Below are positions 10,192-18,469 of a DNA stretch of 41,523 bases, piece by piece (the first letter of the stretch is position 1; each line of letters begins with the position of its first letter). The stretch spans positions 1 to 41,523 of IMG/VR virus record IMGVR_UViG_3300025778_000032; one strand, 5' to 3'. The DNA is from a virus (lineage: Duplodnaviria > Caudoviricetes). A program made the position numbers and the translations under genes. The notes under the pieces are model-generated. The model did no database searches. It had not been told where the DNA came from and saw only the letters and a program-made list of their open reading frames with translations.

Positions 10192-10552
10192 ACCTAACTG
10201 GGAAAAGTTACGCCTTGCGCTGGCTATCCGCGCTAGCATGAGATGTGAGGGGTGCGGACTGCCTTTCGAACCTCATCCTGTTTATGGATTTAGCGCAAGC
10301 CATCGTATGCCTCGCGGTGCTGGCATTAAAGCGCCGTGGATTCATGGATTGGCAAATCTTGTTTTGCTTTGCGGTCAAGGATCGGAAACAAATACTTGCC
10401 ACGGAAAATGCAAGGCTGAATTTGATGAGTCACTTGCTAATGGGTGGGTAATTTCACGTTACGACAAGCGCCTGCCTAGTGAGATTCCCGTGCTGCTCCA
10501 TAGCGGGTGGTATCTGCTCGACGACGAAGGAAACAAAACAAGAATAGGTTGA
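10160..10552 (+). CDS. HNH-like endonuclease
   Basis: CEGCG...SHRMPRG...ANLVLLCG...CHG; WYLLDDEG tail; start uncertain. Confidence 0.7.
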   Translation: MRQYVGTAKSKPNWEKLRLALAIRASMRCEGCGLPFEPHPVYGFSASHRMPRGAGIKAPWIHGLANLVLLCGQGSETNTCHGKCKAEFDESLANGWVISRYDKRLPSEIPVLLHSGWYLLDDEGNKTRIG

Positions 10553-10601
10553 CCTGTGGATAACCATTTGCCTTGTCAGTGGTTATTAGTAGCCTTGCCT
10601 A

Positions 10602-10727
10602 ATGCAAAACCCATTTGAAAAATTTCTCAAGACTCAAAAAGAAGAGTCCGCAAAGATTTGCCAAAGCGAAAAAACAGTTAATCAAGCCATGGAAACCCTT
10701 TTGGAAGAAAGCGAAAATAAATCATGA
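10602..10727 (+). CDS. 41-aa hypothetical protein (not in ORF track)
   Basis: TTGCCT-N16-TAGCCT-N6-ATG; stop overlaps ssb start (ATGA). Confidence 0.45.
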   Translation: MQNPFEKFLKTQKEESAKICQSEKTVNQAMETLLEESENKS

Positions 10728-11161
10728 GCACACCAATAACAATTACAGGAAATTTAACAAACGATCCCGAAATTAAATTTAGTGGGAACGGGGTAGCAAT
10801 TGTCAATCTTTCAATTGCCGTTAATGATAATAAATTTAACAAAGAAACAAATACATGGGAAGACGGCAATACAACCTTTTTCCGATGCACCGCGTTTAAG
10901 CAATTGGCGGAAAATATTGCAGATTCTCTTGAAAAAGGAATGCGCGTCATGGTTCGCGGAAAGATCGAACAAAATTCTTATGTAACTAAAGAAGGTGAAA
11001 AGAGAACAGATTTTCAAGTAGTCATTGAAGATGCTGCACCGTCTTTAAAGAATGCGTCTGCAAAAGTTAATCGCAATCCAAAAAACAATAACACGCTTGC
11101 AAATTCATCACAGCAAGATGATCCATGGGCTGCACCGCTTGTAGATGTTGCGCCTTTTTAA
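10724..11161 (+). CDS. ssb: Single-stranded DNA-binding protein
   Basis: ITITGNLTNDPE, LAENIADSLEKGMRVMVRG, C-terminal DDPW...APF. Confidence 0.95.
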   Translation: MSTPITITGNLTNDPEIKFSGNGVAIVNLSIAVNDNKFNKETNTWEDGNTTFFRCTAFKQLAENIADSLEKGMRVMVRGKIEQNSYVTKEGEKRTDFQVVIEDAAPSLKNASAKVNRNPKNNNTLANSSQQDDPWAAPLVDVAPF

Positions 11162-11264
11162 AGATGATTTGAAGTAAATTGTCACAATTTGGTCAATTAT
11201 TAAATTCCAGAAAGGGGATTATTCACTTGACTCGTCCCCTTTCCCTACCCTTACCCTATTAACC

Positions 11265-11708
11265 ATGAGCAGATATAAAAAAAATTGGCGAATCATTTTG
11301 TCATTGATGTTGGCGTTTCATTTCACGCTAGTGTCACCATCAAACGCACAACCAATTATCCACGTACAACAAATGGCTTTTCAAAAGAAAATGCCCTTTG
11401 TTATGGGATGGGGAGTCAAATATATTGCTAAGTTTCAATCCGCAAAATATGGTTGGGACGCAAAACAATTTTCATGCTTAAATATTTTATGGACGCAGGA
11501 AAGCCATTGGAACTTTAAAGCCCGCAATGGTGCTTCTGGAGCCTTTGGCATTCCTCAAGCACTTCCAGCAGACAAAATGAAAATTATGGGAGCAGATTGG
11601 CGCACAAACCCCACTACGCAGATCAAATGGGGAATCCTTTACATCAAATTAAGATACAAAACCCCATGCAACGCCCTTAAGCATGAATTTAAGGTCGGCT
11701 ACTACTAA
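11265..11708 (+). CDS. Secreted lysozyme-like transglycosylase (SLT-like)
   Basis: Signal peptide; QFSCLNILWTQESHWN...SGAFGIPQALP...TQIKWGILYIKLRY. Confidence 0.85.
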   Translation: MSRYKKNWRIILSLMLAFHFTLVSPSNAQPIIHVQQMAFQKKMPFVMGWGVKYIAKFQSAKYGWDAKQFSCLNILWTQESHWNFKARNGASGAFGIPQALPADKMKIMGADWRTNPTTQIKWGILYIKLRYKTPCNALKHEFKVGYY

Positions 11709-11747
11709 TCACTTGCCCAATTTGGGTAATTCACATAAAATGCCGTC

Positions 11748-11978
11748 ATGTATTCAGGCATGGAAATAGTAAAAGAAGTCGTCGGACTTCGTGCTACCGT
11801 CGTGCTGCTTTATGACCCAGAATTAAAAAGATGGAAAGTCGCGTCAAAGCGTGGCGGGATAAATTATTCGACAACTACATATTCAGATGAATTCGAAGCG
11901 CATCAAGCGTTTAAAAAACGAATTATCCTCGCAAACAAAGAATTGGCTCTCACTAGCATTACTCCTAGTGCAAAGTGA
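11748..11978 (+). CDS. Hypothetical protein
   Basis: TTGCCC-N17-TAAAAT-N6-ATG leaderless-type start. Confidence 0.55.
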   Translation: MYSGMEIVKEVVGLRATVVLLYDPELKRWKVASKRGGINYSTTTYSDEFEAHQAFKKRIILANKELALTSITPSAK

Positions 11979-12079
11979 TCGACGGAGCGCGGGTCTGGCG
12001 TGCCAATGACAGACAGTGGGGGTAGGCATTCCGTTAAGGGTTGTTGCCTACCTTCACCTAACTAAAGGAGAAAGCCACA

Positions 12080-12337
12080 ATGGTCGCTACACGCAAAATA
12101 GAATTTGAAGTTGCCAATTTAGAGCAATTTGACGAAGCAATTAAAAACCGCGTGCAAGTATTTTTAATTAACCCCAAAAAGAAAACTTCAGTGCGTGGCT
12201 ATTTGCTCCAATGGCTAGACCGCGACGAGGGCAAGGAATCCGCACTCTTTAAGCCATTTTTTAAACGTGATGTTCAAAAGGTCAAACTCGGTAGCGTTTA
12301 CATTCAAAAGAAAGCCCCAAGTGGATCAGCCGAATAA
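12080..12337 (+). CDS. Hypothetical protein
   Basis: AAGGAG SD. Confidence 0.6.
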   Translation: MVATRKIEFEVANLEQFDEAIKNRVQVFLINPKKKTSVRGYLLQWLDRDEGKESALFKPFFKRDVQKVKLGSVYIQKKAPSGSAE

Positions 12338-12463
12338 ATCCAAAAGATCGGCTTTGGCAAAGGTATCACGGGCTAATTTGCGCTCAACCTTGGCTAAACC
12401 TACCCCTCAAAAGACGCTCACCGACAAGCCCAAACAAGAGTCAAAAAAGGGTCATAAATAGAT

Positions 12464-12533
12464 TTGACATGGGTAGGCAAGCGTGTACAATTGGAATGTA
12501 GCCAACCGAAGGCTACTGAACTAGGAGATCAAA
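12464..12533 (+). promoter_or_regulatory. Conserved promoter/leader element, copy A
   Basis: TTGACA, AGCGTGTA 16 nt after the -35 start, TACAAT, hairpin GTAGCC-aaccgaa-GGCTAC, TAGGAGATCAAA-ATG. Confidence 0.8.
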
Positions 12534-13022
12534 ATGACTCATTACATTTCAACAGTAGATACGGCAAAGCACATCCGTAAGGCTTTGAAGTTGAATTTTC
12601 CAAATACCAAGTTTTCGGTTCGTTCCGATATTTACAGCGGCGGGTCATCGATCAATGTTTCTTGGACGGATGGAGAATTCGAAAAAGAAGTTGCAAAGGT
12701 TGTTAAATTTTATGAGGGTGCGTCTTTTGATGGTCAGATCGATTTGAAGTCTTACCACACCACAACTTTTGCGGTTGAAGGTCAACCAACTGAAGTACAT
12801 TTTGGCGCTGATTATGTATTTACTCACCGCGATGTCTCTCCAGAATACAAGGCTCAATTGATCGAGAAGTTTGAAGAGATTTCGGGCGAAAAGTACGAAG
12901 ATGAAAAAAGTTACCCTTCAGAAAAGTTTGATTTTGTACGAGGGGTTCCCACCGCTTACGGTTGCCAGATTATTCACAAGATGTCTTACGAATTTGCACC
13001 TAAGCAATTAGTCTCCGCTTAA
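12534..13022 (+). CDS. LPD29-like (large polyvalent protein-associated domain) protein
   Basis: TAKHIRKALK..FP.TKFSVRS..YSGGSSINVSWTDG...FDGQID. Confidence 0.7.
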   Translation: MTHYISTVDTAKHIRKALKLNFPNTKFSVRSDIYSGGSSINVSWTDGEFEKEVAKVVKFYEGASFDGQIDLKSYHTTTFAVEGQPTEVHFGADYVFTHRDVSPEYKAQLIEKFEEISGEKYEDEKSYPSEKFDFVRGVPTAYGCQIIHKMSYEFAPKQLVSA

Positions 13023-13028
13023 ACAGTT

Positions 13029-13071
13029 AAAAAAAGAGTCCCCGTTCCTAATCGAGCGGGGATTTTTCTTT
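13029..13071. terminator. Intrinsic terminator, possibly bidirectional
   Basis: A-tract, TCCCCGTTC/GAGCGGGGA stem, T-rich tail. Confidence 0.75.
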
Positions 13072-13140
13072 ACCATTTTCTACGGGTTGCTTATGGGATT
13101 CTCTTCAAGTATGGGTTAAGATTTATCCCAAGGAGGCACT

Positions 13141-13383
13141 ATGTCATTAGCAGAAGATTTTGAAAACGTATCCAAATTTATGCCTAACCATGGGTTGAAG
13201 TGCAAACTTTGCACCATCTTAACAGAATTGTCCAAGGAAGACGCCAAGATCATTAACGCAAAAGTTGCCGATATGAAAATTACTGGCGAGGCAATTAGCC
13301 GAATTCTTATCAAAAATGGACATGAGATAAACGCCAACGTGGTCAACCGTCACCGTCGCAAAGGATGTTTGCGTGCCGATTAA
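13141..13383 (+). CDS. Small Cys/His protein paired with metallophosphoesterase
   Basis: CKLC...RHRRKGC; AGGAGG SD. Confidence 0.6.
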   Translation: MSLAEDFENVSKFMPNHGLKCKLCTILTELSKEDAKIINAKVADMKITGEAISRILIKNGHEINANVVNRHRRKGCLRAD

Positions 13384-14467
13384 AGATGATTTTGAGCGAG
13401 AAGAATTTGAGCAGCATCCACGCGTCATCGAATTAAAAAGAATTGCCGACGAGGTAACTGGCGCTCTTCTTAATACTCAAAAGCAATTGGCAAAAGTCAA
13501 GAAAAGTAAAGATGACTTTACCTACGCGGTTGTAAGGGCAGCGCATGACGCCATGCTTTCCTTGGGAGCCGTTCCACCAGTGCCAGCCCCTAAGGTGGAT
13601 AAACGTAAAGCCAAAGAAGAAGTCGCACTTTTACACTCTACCGATTGGCAATTAGGCAAGCGAACTCTTACGTATGACACGGCAGAATGCGAACGTTTGG
13701 TTAAACAAAGCATCGAGACAACAATACGTATTACGGATATTCAGAGGCAAGATCACCCCGTCAAAGAAATTTATTTAATGCTTGGTGGGGACATTGTAGA
13801 AAACACGACAATATTCCCCTCACAGGTTTATGAAGTGGACTCAGATGTTATGGCGCAATTTGTCGCAGCGTCTCGCATCCTTGTTGACATTGTGCGAACT
13901 CTTTTGGCTAATTATGAAAAAGTTACCGTGGTGTGTGAGCCTGGAAATCACGGACGCATGGGCAAACTTGGCGAACTTCCAAAAGATGTTAACTGGGATA
14001 AATTGGTTTATATGTTTGCGGGTGAAACTTTAAGAGATGAAAAGCGTTTAACTTGGCAAATGTCCAAGGAAGATATTCAACGCGTACACATTCCAGACCC
14101 TACGGGCAAGGGCGGCGGATATAAAGCCCTGCTCATTCATGGAGATGAAATCCGTTGGGGTACAGCCTCAACTATCGTGCGTTTCGCTGATCGATGGAAG
14201 TCTGGCGCCTATAAGTTTTTTGATGAAGTAGACAAAATCACTAAAGGTTTTGATTTTCGTGATCTTTATATCGGACACTTTCATCAGCACCAGTCTTGGA
14301 ACATGGCTAATGGCGAAGGGTCGGTCTTTATGAGCGCAGCGGTTGAATCTGGCAATCGTTACGCAAGAGATTTACTTGCGTCTAATGGAGAACCGTCGCA
14401 GCGCCTTCATTTTGTCGATCCGATCAAGGGACGCGTAAGCGCAGAGTACAGATTGTGGCTTGACTAA
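13373..14467 (+). CDS. Calcineurin-like metallophosphoesterase
   Basis: TDWQLG, GGDIVE, PGNHGR, IHGD, GHFH motifs. Confidence 0.85.
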   Translation: MPIKDDFEREEFEQHPRVIELKRIADEVTGALLNTQKQLAKVKKSKDDFTYAVVRAAHDAMLSLGAVPPVPAPKVDKRKAKEEVALLHSTDWQLGKRTLTYDTAECERLVKQSIETTIRITDIQRQDHPVKEIYLMLGGDIVENTTIFPSQVYEVDSDVMAQFVAASRILVDIVRTLLANYEKVTVVCEPGNHGRMGKLGELPKDVNWDKLVYMFAGETLRDEKRLTWQMSKEDIQRVHIPDPTGKGGGYKALLIHGDEIRWGTASTIVRFADRWKSGAYKFFDEVDKITKGFDFRDLYIGHFHQHQSWNMANGEGSVFMSAAVESGNRYARDLLASNGEPSQRLHFVDPIKGRVSAEYRLWLD

Positions 14468-15069
14468 ATATCTGTATTAGTCGGGCAACGCTGTACTTCG
14501 ATGACGATAGGTAGGGCACAATAAGCGTTCCACTTGCAAGCCTCTTCGATTGCTTTCTTGACAATTATTTTTGCTTTTTTTTCGTCATTTTTGCATTTTT
14601 CAATTCCGAGACCAGCCATCACCCCAAGGGCAACTTGACCTCCGCTACCGTTTGAATAAATTCCTCGGATATCACGATCCCACGAATAGTCATTGAAGAT
14701 CGGGTAGATGATTCCCTGAACCGCAACTAAGAAATTCGTATCGTGCATAGCCGATTGACCGTCAAGTGAAATTCCTTCGTAGCCTTGTTCGACAAAATGA
14801 TTACGCAACTGAGTAATGAAGTCACGCGTCATAAATTTATCTAATTCGTCAATACCTTGCCATGTAGGTGGGGTAGGTGCATCAAATCCTTGTTGGAGCA
14901 GGTTGCCTCCACGTGTGGCGCCAGTAATCGCAAAAAGGTAATTGTCATGGTCGTCTCTGGTTAATTTTCGATTTGCAAGGATGAAATGATCTCCATTGCT
15001 ATCGGTAGCCCTTGAGTCCGCCGCAATAATGGCGAAGCCGTTTCCTTGGAATGCCGCGAGAACTGTCAT
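14464..15069 (-). CDS. Ntn-hydrolase, proteasome beta-subunit/HslV-like threonine protease
   Basis: Start at ATG 15069 gives M-T-V-L-A-A...AADSRAT...RK...GSGG, matching Thr1, DS, Lys and GSG motifs. Confidence 0.8.
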   Translation of the reverse strand: MTVLAAFQGNGFAIIAADSRATDSNGDHFILANRKLTRDDHDNYLFAITGATRGGNLLQQGFDAPTPPTWQGIDELDKFMTRDFITQLRNHFVEQGYEGISLDGQSAMHDTNFLVAVQGIIYPIFNDYSWDRDIRGIYSNGSGGQVALGVMAGLGIEKCKNDEKKAKIIVKKAIEEACKWNAYCALPIVIEVQRCPTNTDI

Positions 15070-15139
15070 AGGTGGAATCCTCTCATAAAGCCTGTGGATT
15101 AACACTTGCCCCTGTATGAATTTTGTGTAGAGTCGCGCC

Positions 15140-15790
15140 ATGACACACGCTTACTTATCTGGAGCCATGACTGGCATTGAAAAATTCAACTACCCAGCAT
15201 TTTTGGAGGCAGCCCAAATTTTGCGTAAGCGCGGGTACACGGTTTTTAACCCAGCGGAAACTTTCGATGGGGACGACACCCGACCTTTTTCTGACTACAT
15301 GAGGGTTGATATAGAGGCTCTTTTGGACACGTCCGAGGTATTCGTATTGGATGGGTGGGAAAAGTCCGTTGGAGCCGTTACAGAGGTGCTTATAGCCCTA
15401 TCGCTTGATTTGCCGATTAAAACCATGGATGAAGAAAATCCGTTTGAGGGAATTTCGAACCGCTTTGCTATGAAACTGCTTTTGAACCTTCAAGATGAGA
15501 TAGCAAAGAAAGACGAAACCATATTGGAAGAGGCTCAACGCCTCGTACATGGGGACAGAGGCGCCTCATATGGTCATCCATATGATGATTTTGGCAAGAC
15601 AGCCCTTATCTGGTCAGCAATCTTTGGCATTCCCGTAAGCCGCGAACAGGTAGCCCTCGCCATGGTCGGGGTCAAGATAAGCAGAGAGGTGAACCAGCCT
15701 AAGCGCGATAATCGCGTAGACGGAGCGGGCTACTTCGAAACTTTGGACATGATCGCTCAAAGGCAAGAGGAACTAAAGCACCAAATTTGA
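15140..15790 (+). CDS. Fusion of DUF4406-like (nucleoside deoxyribosyltransferase-like) and DUF6378-like domains
   Basis: YLSGAMTG..FNYPAF...FNPA...GWEKSVGA.TE; ILEEA..LVHGDRGASYGHP...KISRE...DNRVDGAGY. Confidence 0.7.
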   Translation: MTHAYLSGAMTGIEKFNYPAFLEAAQILRKRGYTVFNPAETFDGDDTRPFSDYMRVDIEALLDTSEVFVLDGWEKSVGAVTEVLIALSLDLPIKTMDEENPFEGISNRFAMKLLLNLQDEIAKKDETILEEAQRLVHGDRGASYGHPYDDFGKTALIWSAIFGIPVSREQVALAMVGVKISREVNQPKRDNRVDGAGYFETLDMIAQRQEELKHQI

Positions 15791-15857
15791 CTTTTGGCTG
15801 GAAGCGTGTACGTTGTACCCATAAGCCCAGCCGAGGGTTTATAGATTAGGAGAAAAA
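15787..15857 (+). promoter_or_regulatory. Conserved promoter/leader element, copy B
   Basis: TTGACT, AGCGTGTA, hairpin ATAAGCCC-agccga-GGGTTTAT, TAGGAGAAAAA-ATG. Confidence 0.75.
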
Positions 15858-16148
15858 ATGTCATTCAGTCCCAAGCCAGTGAAATGGATATTTACTTGCG
15901 ACCGTTGCGGCAACACCGCTGATTTTTACCACGGGATGTCAACATTTTCGATAGGCAAAGAAAAAGAAACTTATTGCTCAGAAATTTGCGTTCATGCCGT
16001 GATCCGCGAACGTGGTGAAGTGCCATATGAAATCACAAATGCAACAGTGTTTGAAGAGGAACCCCTGAAACCTGTTATGCACCCAACTTGGAACACAATC
16101 AAGATCAAAGACCAAAACTATGAAGCGTTTCAGGTCATTTATGAATAA
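15858..16148 (+). CDS. Hypothetical Cys-rich protein
   Basis: CDRC and CSEIC; strong SD. Confidence 0.6.
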   Translation: MSFSPKPVKWIFTCDRCGNTADFYHGMSTFSIGKEKETYCSEICVHAVIRERGEVPYEITNATVFEEEPLKPVMHPTWNTIKIKDQNYEAFQVIYE

Positions 16149-16260
16149 CCAAATGAGAATGGAATTGAATCCCGAATACGCCAGAATGTCTGTAGAACGA
16201 ATTGGATTGGGTGCTGAACTTCAAGCAGACATAGCCCAACGATTAGACGAGGTGATGTAA
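16141..16260 (+). CDS. 39-aa hypothetical protein (not in ORF track)
   Basis: Fills the gap with overlaps on both sides; C-terminus DIAQRLDEVM matches DITQRLDEVM of 18203-18469. Confidence 0.5.
   Translation: MNNQMRMELNPEYARMSVERIGLGAELQADIAQRLDEVM
16227..16259 (+). repeat. 33-bp gene-boundary repeat (second copy 18436-18468, 1 mismatch)
   Basis: AGACATA[G/A]CCCAACGATTAGACGAGGTGATGTA. Confidence 0.9.
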
Positions 16261-16457
16261 TGGAAACCGAAATTAAACACCGCCACAAATACGAGTGGAG
16301 CATGTACGACATGGGTGAAGGTATTTACAAATCATGCGGAAAATGTGGCTTTGTTCCAAAAAACGCAATCAATAAAGATTATTGGGCTTATGTCGAATCG
16401 GGTCGCGTAAGTTGTATCGTTATTTTGCATAGACAACAAAGCGAGGTGGAGAAGTGA
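16260..16457 (+). CDS. Hypothetical protein
   Basis: TAATG coupling, GAGGTG SD, CGKCG. Confidence 0.55.
   Translation: METEIKHRHKYEWSMYDMGEGIYKSCGKCGFVPKNAINKDYWAYVESGRVSCIVILHRQQSEVEK
16441..16457 (+). repeat. 17-bp gene-boundary repeat (second copy 19686-19702)
   Basis: GCGAGGTGGAGAAGTGA contains SD plus GTGA start/stop overlap. Confidence 0.85.
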
Positions 16458-16756
16458 ATATTGCAGTATTTAGCGCAAACGAATTAGATACTGGAAATCC
16501 ATTATTTATCGTCAAAGATGAAGATGGAAACCAACTTTATGAATTGAGAGATAAGGGTGTTTTCCCTTGCGGTTTGTTAAGTGTCTATGCAAATGTTCAG
16601 CCACTCGCAAGCCGCGAGCAAATAGCGCAGGAGATTGAGGCATCAACGCTTGCTTACATCCATGAGGATGCTATTCGCTTAGATAACGGCACATGGCCAG
16701 GACTAAAGGTTATTGCCGTTGAAGATGCCGCCGCTATCGCTAGGGGTGAGAAGTGA
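16454..16756 (+). CDS. Hypothetical protein, REQIA-EIEA family
   Basis: REQIAQEIEA...AAAIARGEK, paralogous to 19699-19887. Confidence 0.6.
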   Translation: MNIAVFSANELDTGNPLFIVKDEDGNQLYELRDKGVFPCGLLSVYANVQPLASREQIAQEIEASTLAYIHEDAIRLDNGTWPGLKVIAVEDAAAIARGEK

Positions 16757-16986
16757 AAAATCTTCCTAAATGGTTTACCTTTTTTATGATTGTGCTACCT
16801 ACCCTTTTCGTGTGGTTCGTAGTTCATGCAGCAACATCTGATAATCTTAAAGAGCCTACTGATTCACGATTGGGAATGGTATCTATTCCAAATACGCTTA
16901 TATATAAAATTTGCGATGGAACAACACTTGTCTATTCAAAAGGCGGGGTAGTAGTTAATAGTCCAGAATGTGAGCCAAAGAAATGA
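16753..16986 (+). CDS. Small membrane protein
   Basis: N-terminal hydrophobic helix; KICDGTTLVY...NSPEC. Confidence 0.6.
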   Translation: MKNLPKWFTFFMIVLPTLFVWFVVHAATSDNLKEPTDSRLGMVSIPNTLIYKICDGTTLVYSKGGVVVNSPECEPKK

Positions 16987-17240
16987 GATTAACGCTTAAA
17001 AAGAACCGAATCGCAAAAAATACTTGCATAAATAGTTATGACATTATGGGATTCAAAGGTTTGGGTACTTGGTTTAATGCTTATGGAGTTAGTTACATTG
17101 GCACATTAGATGATTATGATAAACTGCTTAAAACCAATGATTTAACTCCGTTTAATTTGATACAAGACTTTAACTTTTTGGGTAGATTTCACATAAACAA
17201 TTTATCAACCAAGTTTGGGAAGTGGGTAGATACAGAGTGA
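16983..17240 (+). CDS. Hypothetical protein
   Basis: ATGA/GTGA coupling; AT-rich. Confidence 0.5.
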   Translation: MRLTLKKNRIAKNTCINSYDIMGFKGLGTWFNAYGVSYIGTLDDYDKLLKTNDLTPFNLIQDFNFLGRFHINNLSTKFGKWVDTE

Positions 17241-17494
17241 CCCACGATGAATTGCTGGCTAGATTGAGCGAAAAAGCAGTTGTGACTGAAACCTTCAACA
17301 ATAGAGCCGTTGCTCGCGCCCTTCGTGCAGTAGTTGAATTGCATAAGCCAGAACCACGATTAGATGAAACGCTAATACGAAAAAAAGTAATGGTTTGCGG
17401 GCATTGTTGGATTAATAAAAGCACTTGGGAACAGGCTTACCGTTATGTGTATCCATGCCCCACTATTCAAGCAATTGAGAAGGAGTTGCTATGA
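17237..17494 (+). CDS. Hypothetical protein, H...CxxC...YPCPT family
   Basis: GTGA overlap start; THDELL, ELHKP, CGHC, YPCPTIQAI. Confidence 0.65.
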   Translation: MTHDELLARLSEKAVVTETFNNRAVARALRAVVELHKPEPRLDETLIRKKVMVCGHCWINKSTWEQAYRYVYPCPTIQAIEKELL

Positions 17495-17820
17495 CCGACC
17501 TAGAGATTGTCCAAGAGGCGCGAGAACTGATTGAAAGCAGAATCAAATCTAAAAAATTAGACCTTAAAGAGTTAGATGAAATGCAATCTGCTCTTGGACT
17601 TACCAATCTTAGTTTTGAAACTTCAAGAATCACTTACACCGCCGACCTTAACATTTTGCTCGCCCACAAAGCGTTCTTTGAGAGGCATTATCAAAAAGAT
17701 TGTGGACAGGAATGTCTATGCGATTATGGTTGTGCCGTAGATGGCGAAACTTATCCCTGCCCTGAATCAGTAGCACAAGCCAAAGCGATTATGGGGGTGG
17801 ATGGTGAGCGTTCACTTTAA
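17491..17820 (+). CDS. Hypothetical protein, H...C...YPCP family
   Basis: ERHYQ...CAVDGETYPCP. Confidence 0.6.
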   Translation: MTDLEIVQEARELIESRIKSKKLDLKELDEMQSALGLTNLSFETSRITYTADLNILLAHKAFFERHYQKDCGQECLCDYGCAVDGETYPCPESVAQAKAIMGVDGERSL

Positions 17821-18206
17821 GTCACAATCAGTTGATTGGGCGACTCCTAAAGCCGTCTATGACGAGTTAAATAAGGAATTTGTTTTCAACTTTGATCCTT
17901 GTCCGCTGGGGGGGGGTGGCGTTTATGAACGGCCTTGAAATGGATTGGGGAACTTCAACTTTCGTCAATCCACCTTACGGGCGCGAAATTGGTAAATGGA
18001 CAAAGAAAGCAGTTGAGGAAGCCGACAAAGGTAAAACGATTGTTCTCCTAATTCCAAGCCGAACAGATACGCGTTGGTGGCAAGAGGACATTATGAAAGC
18101 GCAAGAAATTCGTTTCATAAAAGGCAGATTGAAGTTTGGGAGTGCAACTAATTCTGCTCCGTTTCCAAGCGCATTAGCGATCTTTAAGAAAGGACTTTCC
18201 AAATGA
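17801..18206 (+). pseudogene. dam: Phage Dam-type DNA N6-adenine methyltransferase, frameshifted at G9 tract 17908-17916
   Basis: Frame from 17801 encodes SVHFKSQSVDWATP...FNFDPCPLGG; the +1 frame continues with GLEMDW...FVNPPYG...LLIPSRTDTRWW...IRFIKGRLKFG...SAPFPS; removing one G fuses them. Confidence 0.8.
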
Positions 18207-18469
18207 CTAAACCCCAACCCACTCACGATGAAGTTATAGCGTGGATTGATGAACAAGAATCAAGCGACAAATTGATTAATGCTTTACGCCTAGCCAACCG
18301 AGATGTGTTGGAGAGGCATAAGGCTAATCCCGACAATGTGCTGACTCAACTTTATGGCGATAAAGAGTTTTACACAGAAAAGCACAATGCTTGCCTAACT
18401 TGTCGTACGGTTGCATTCCCCTGCCCTACCTACCTAGACATAACCCAACGATTAGACGAGGTGATGTAG
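18203..18469 (+). CDS. Hypothetical protein, H...CxxC...FPCPT family
   Basis: THDEVI, LERHK, CLTC, FPCPTY. Confidence 0.6.
   Translation: MTKPQPTHDEVIAWIDEQESSDKLINALRLANRDVLERHKANPDNVLTQLYGDKEFYTEKHNACLTCRTVAFPCPTYLDITQRLDEVM

Noticed and set aside
15070-15141. 24-aa N-terminal extension of the proteasome-like ORF as a propeptide
   Set aside because: It spans the divergent promoter and overlaps the opposite gene's start; ATG 15069 has an SD-like GAGAGGA upstream and exposes Thr directly.
17880-18206. ORF-track 108-aa protein starting at TTG 17880 as a complete gene
   Set aside because: It lacks the DWATP/FDPC N-terminus, which is encoded in another frame from 17801.
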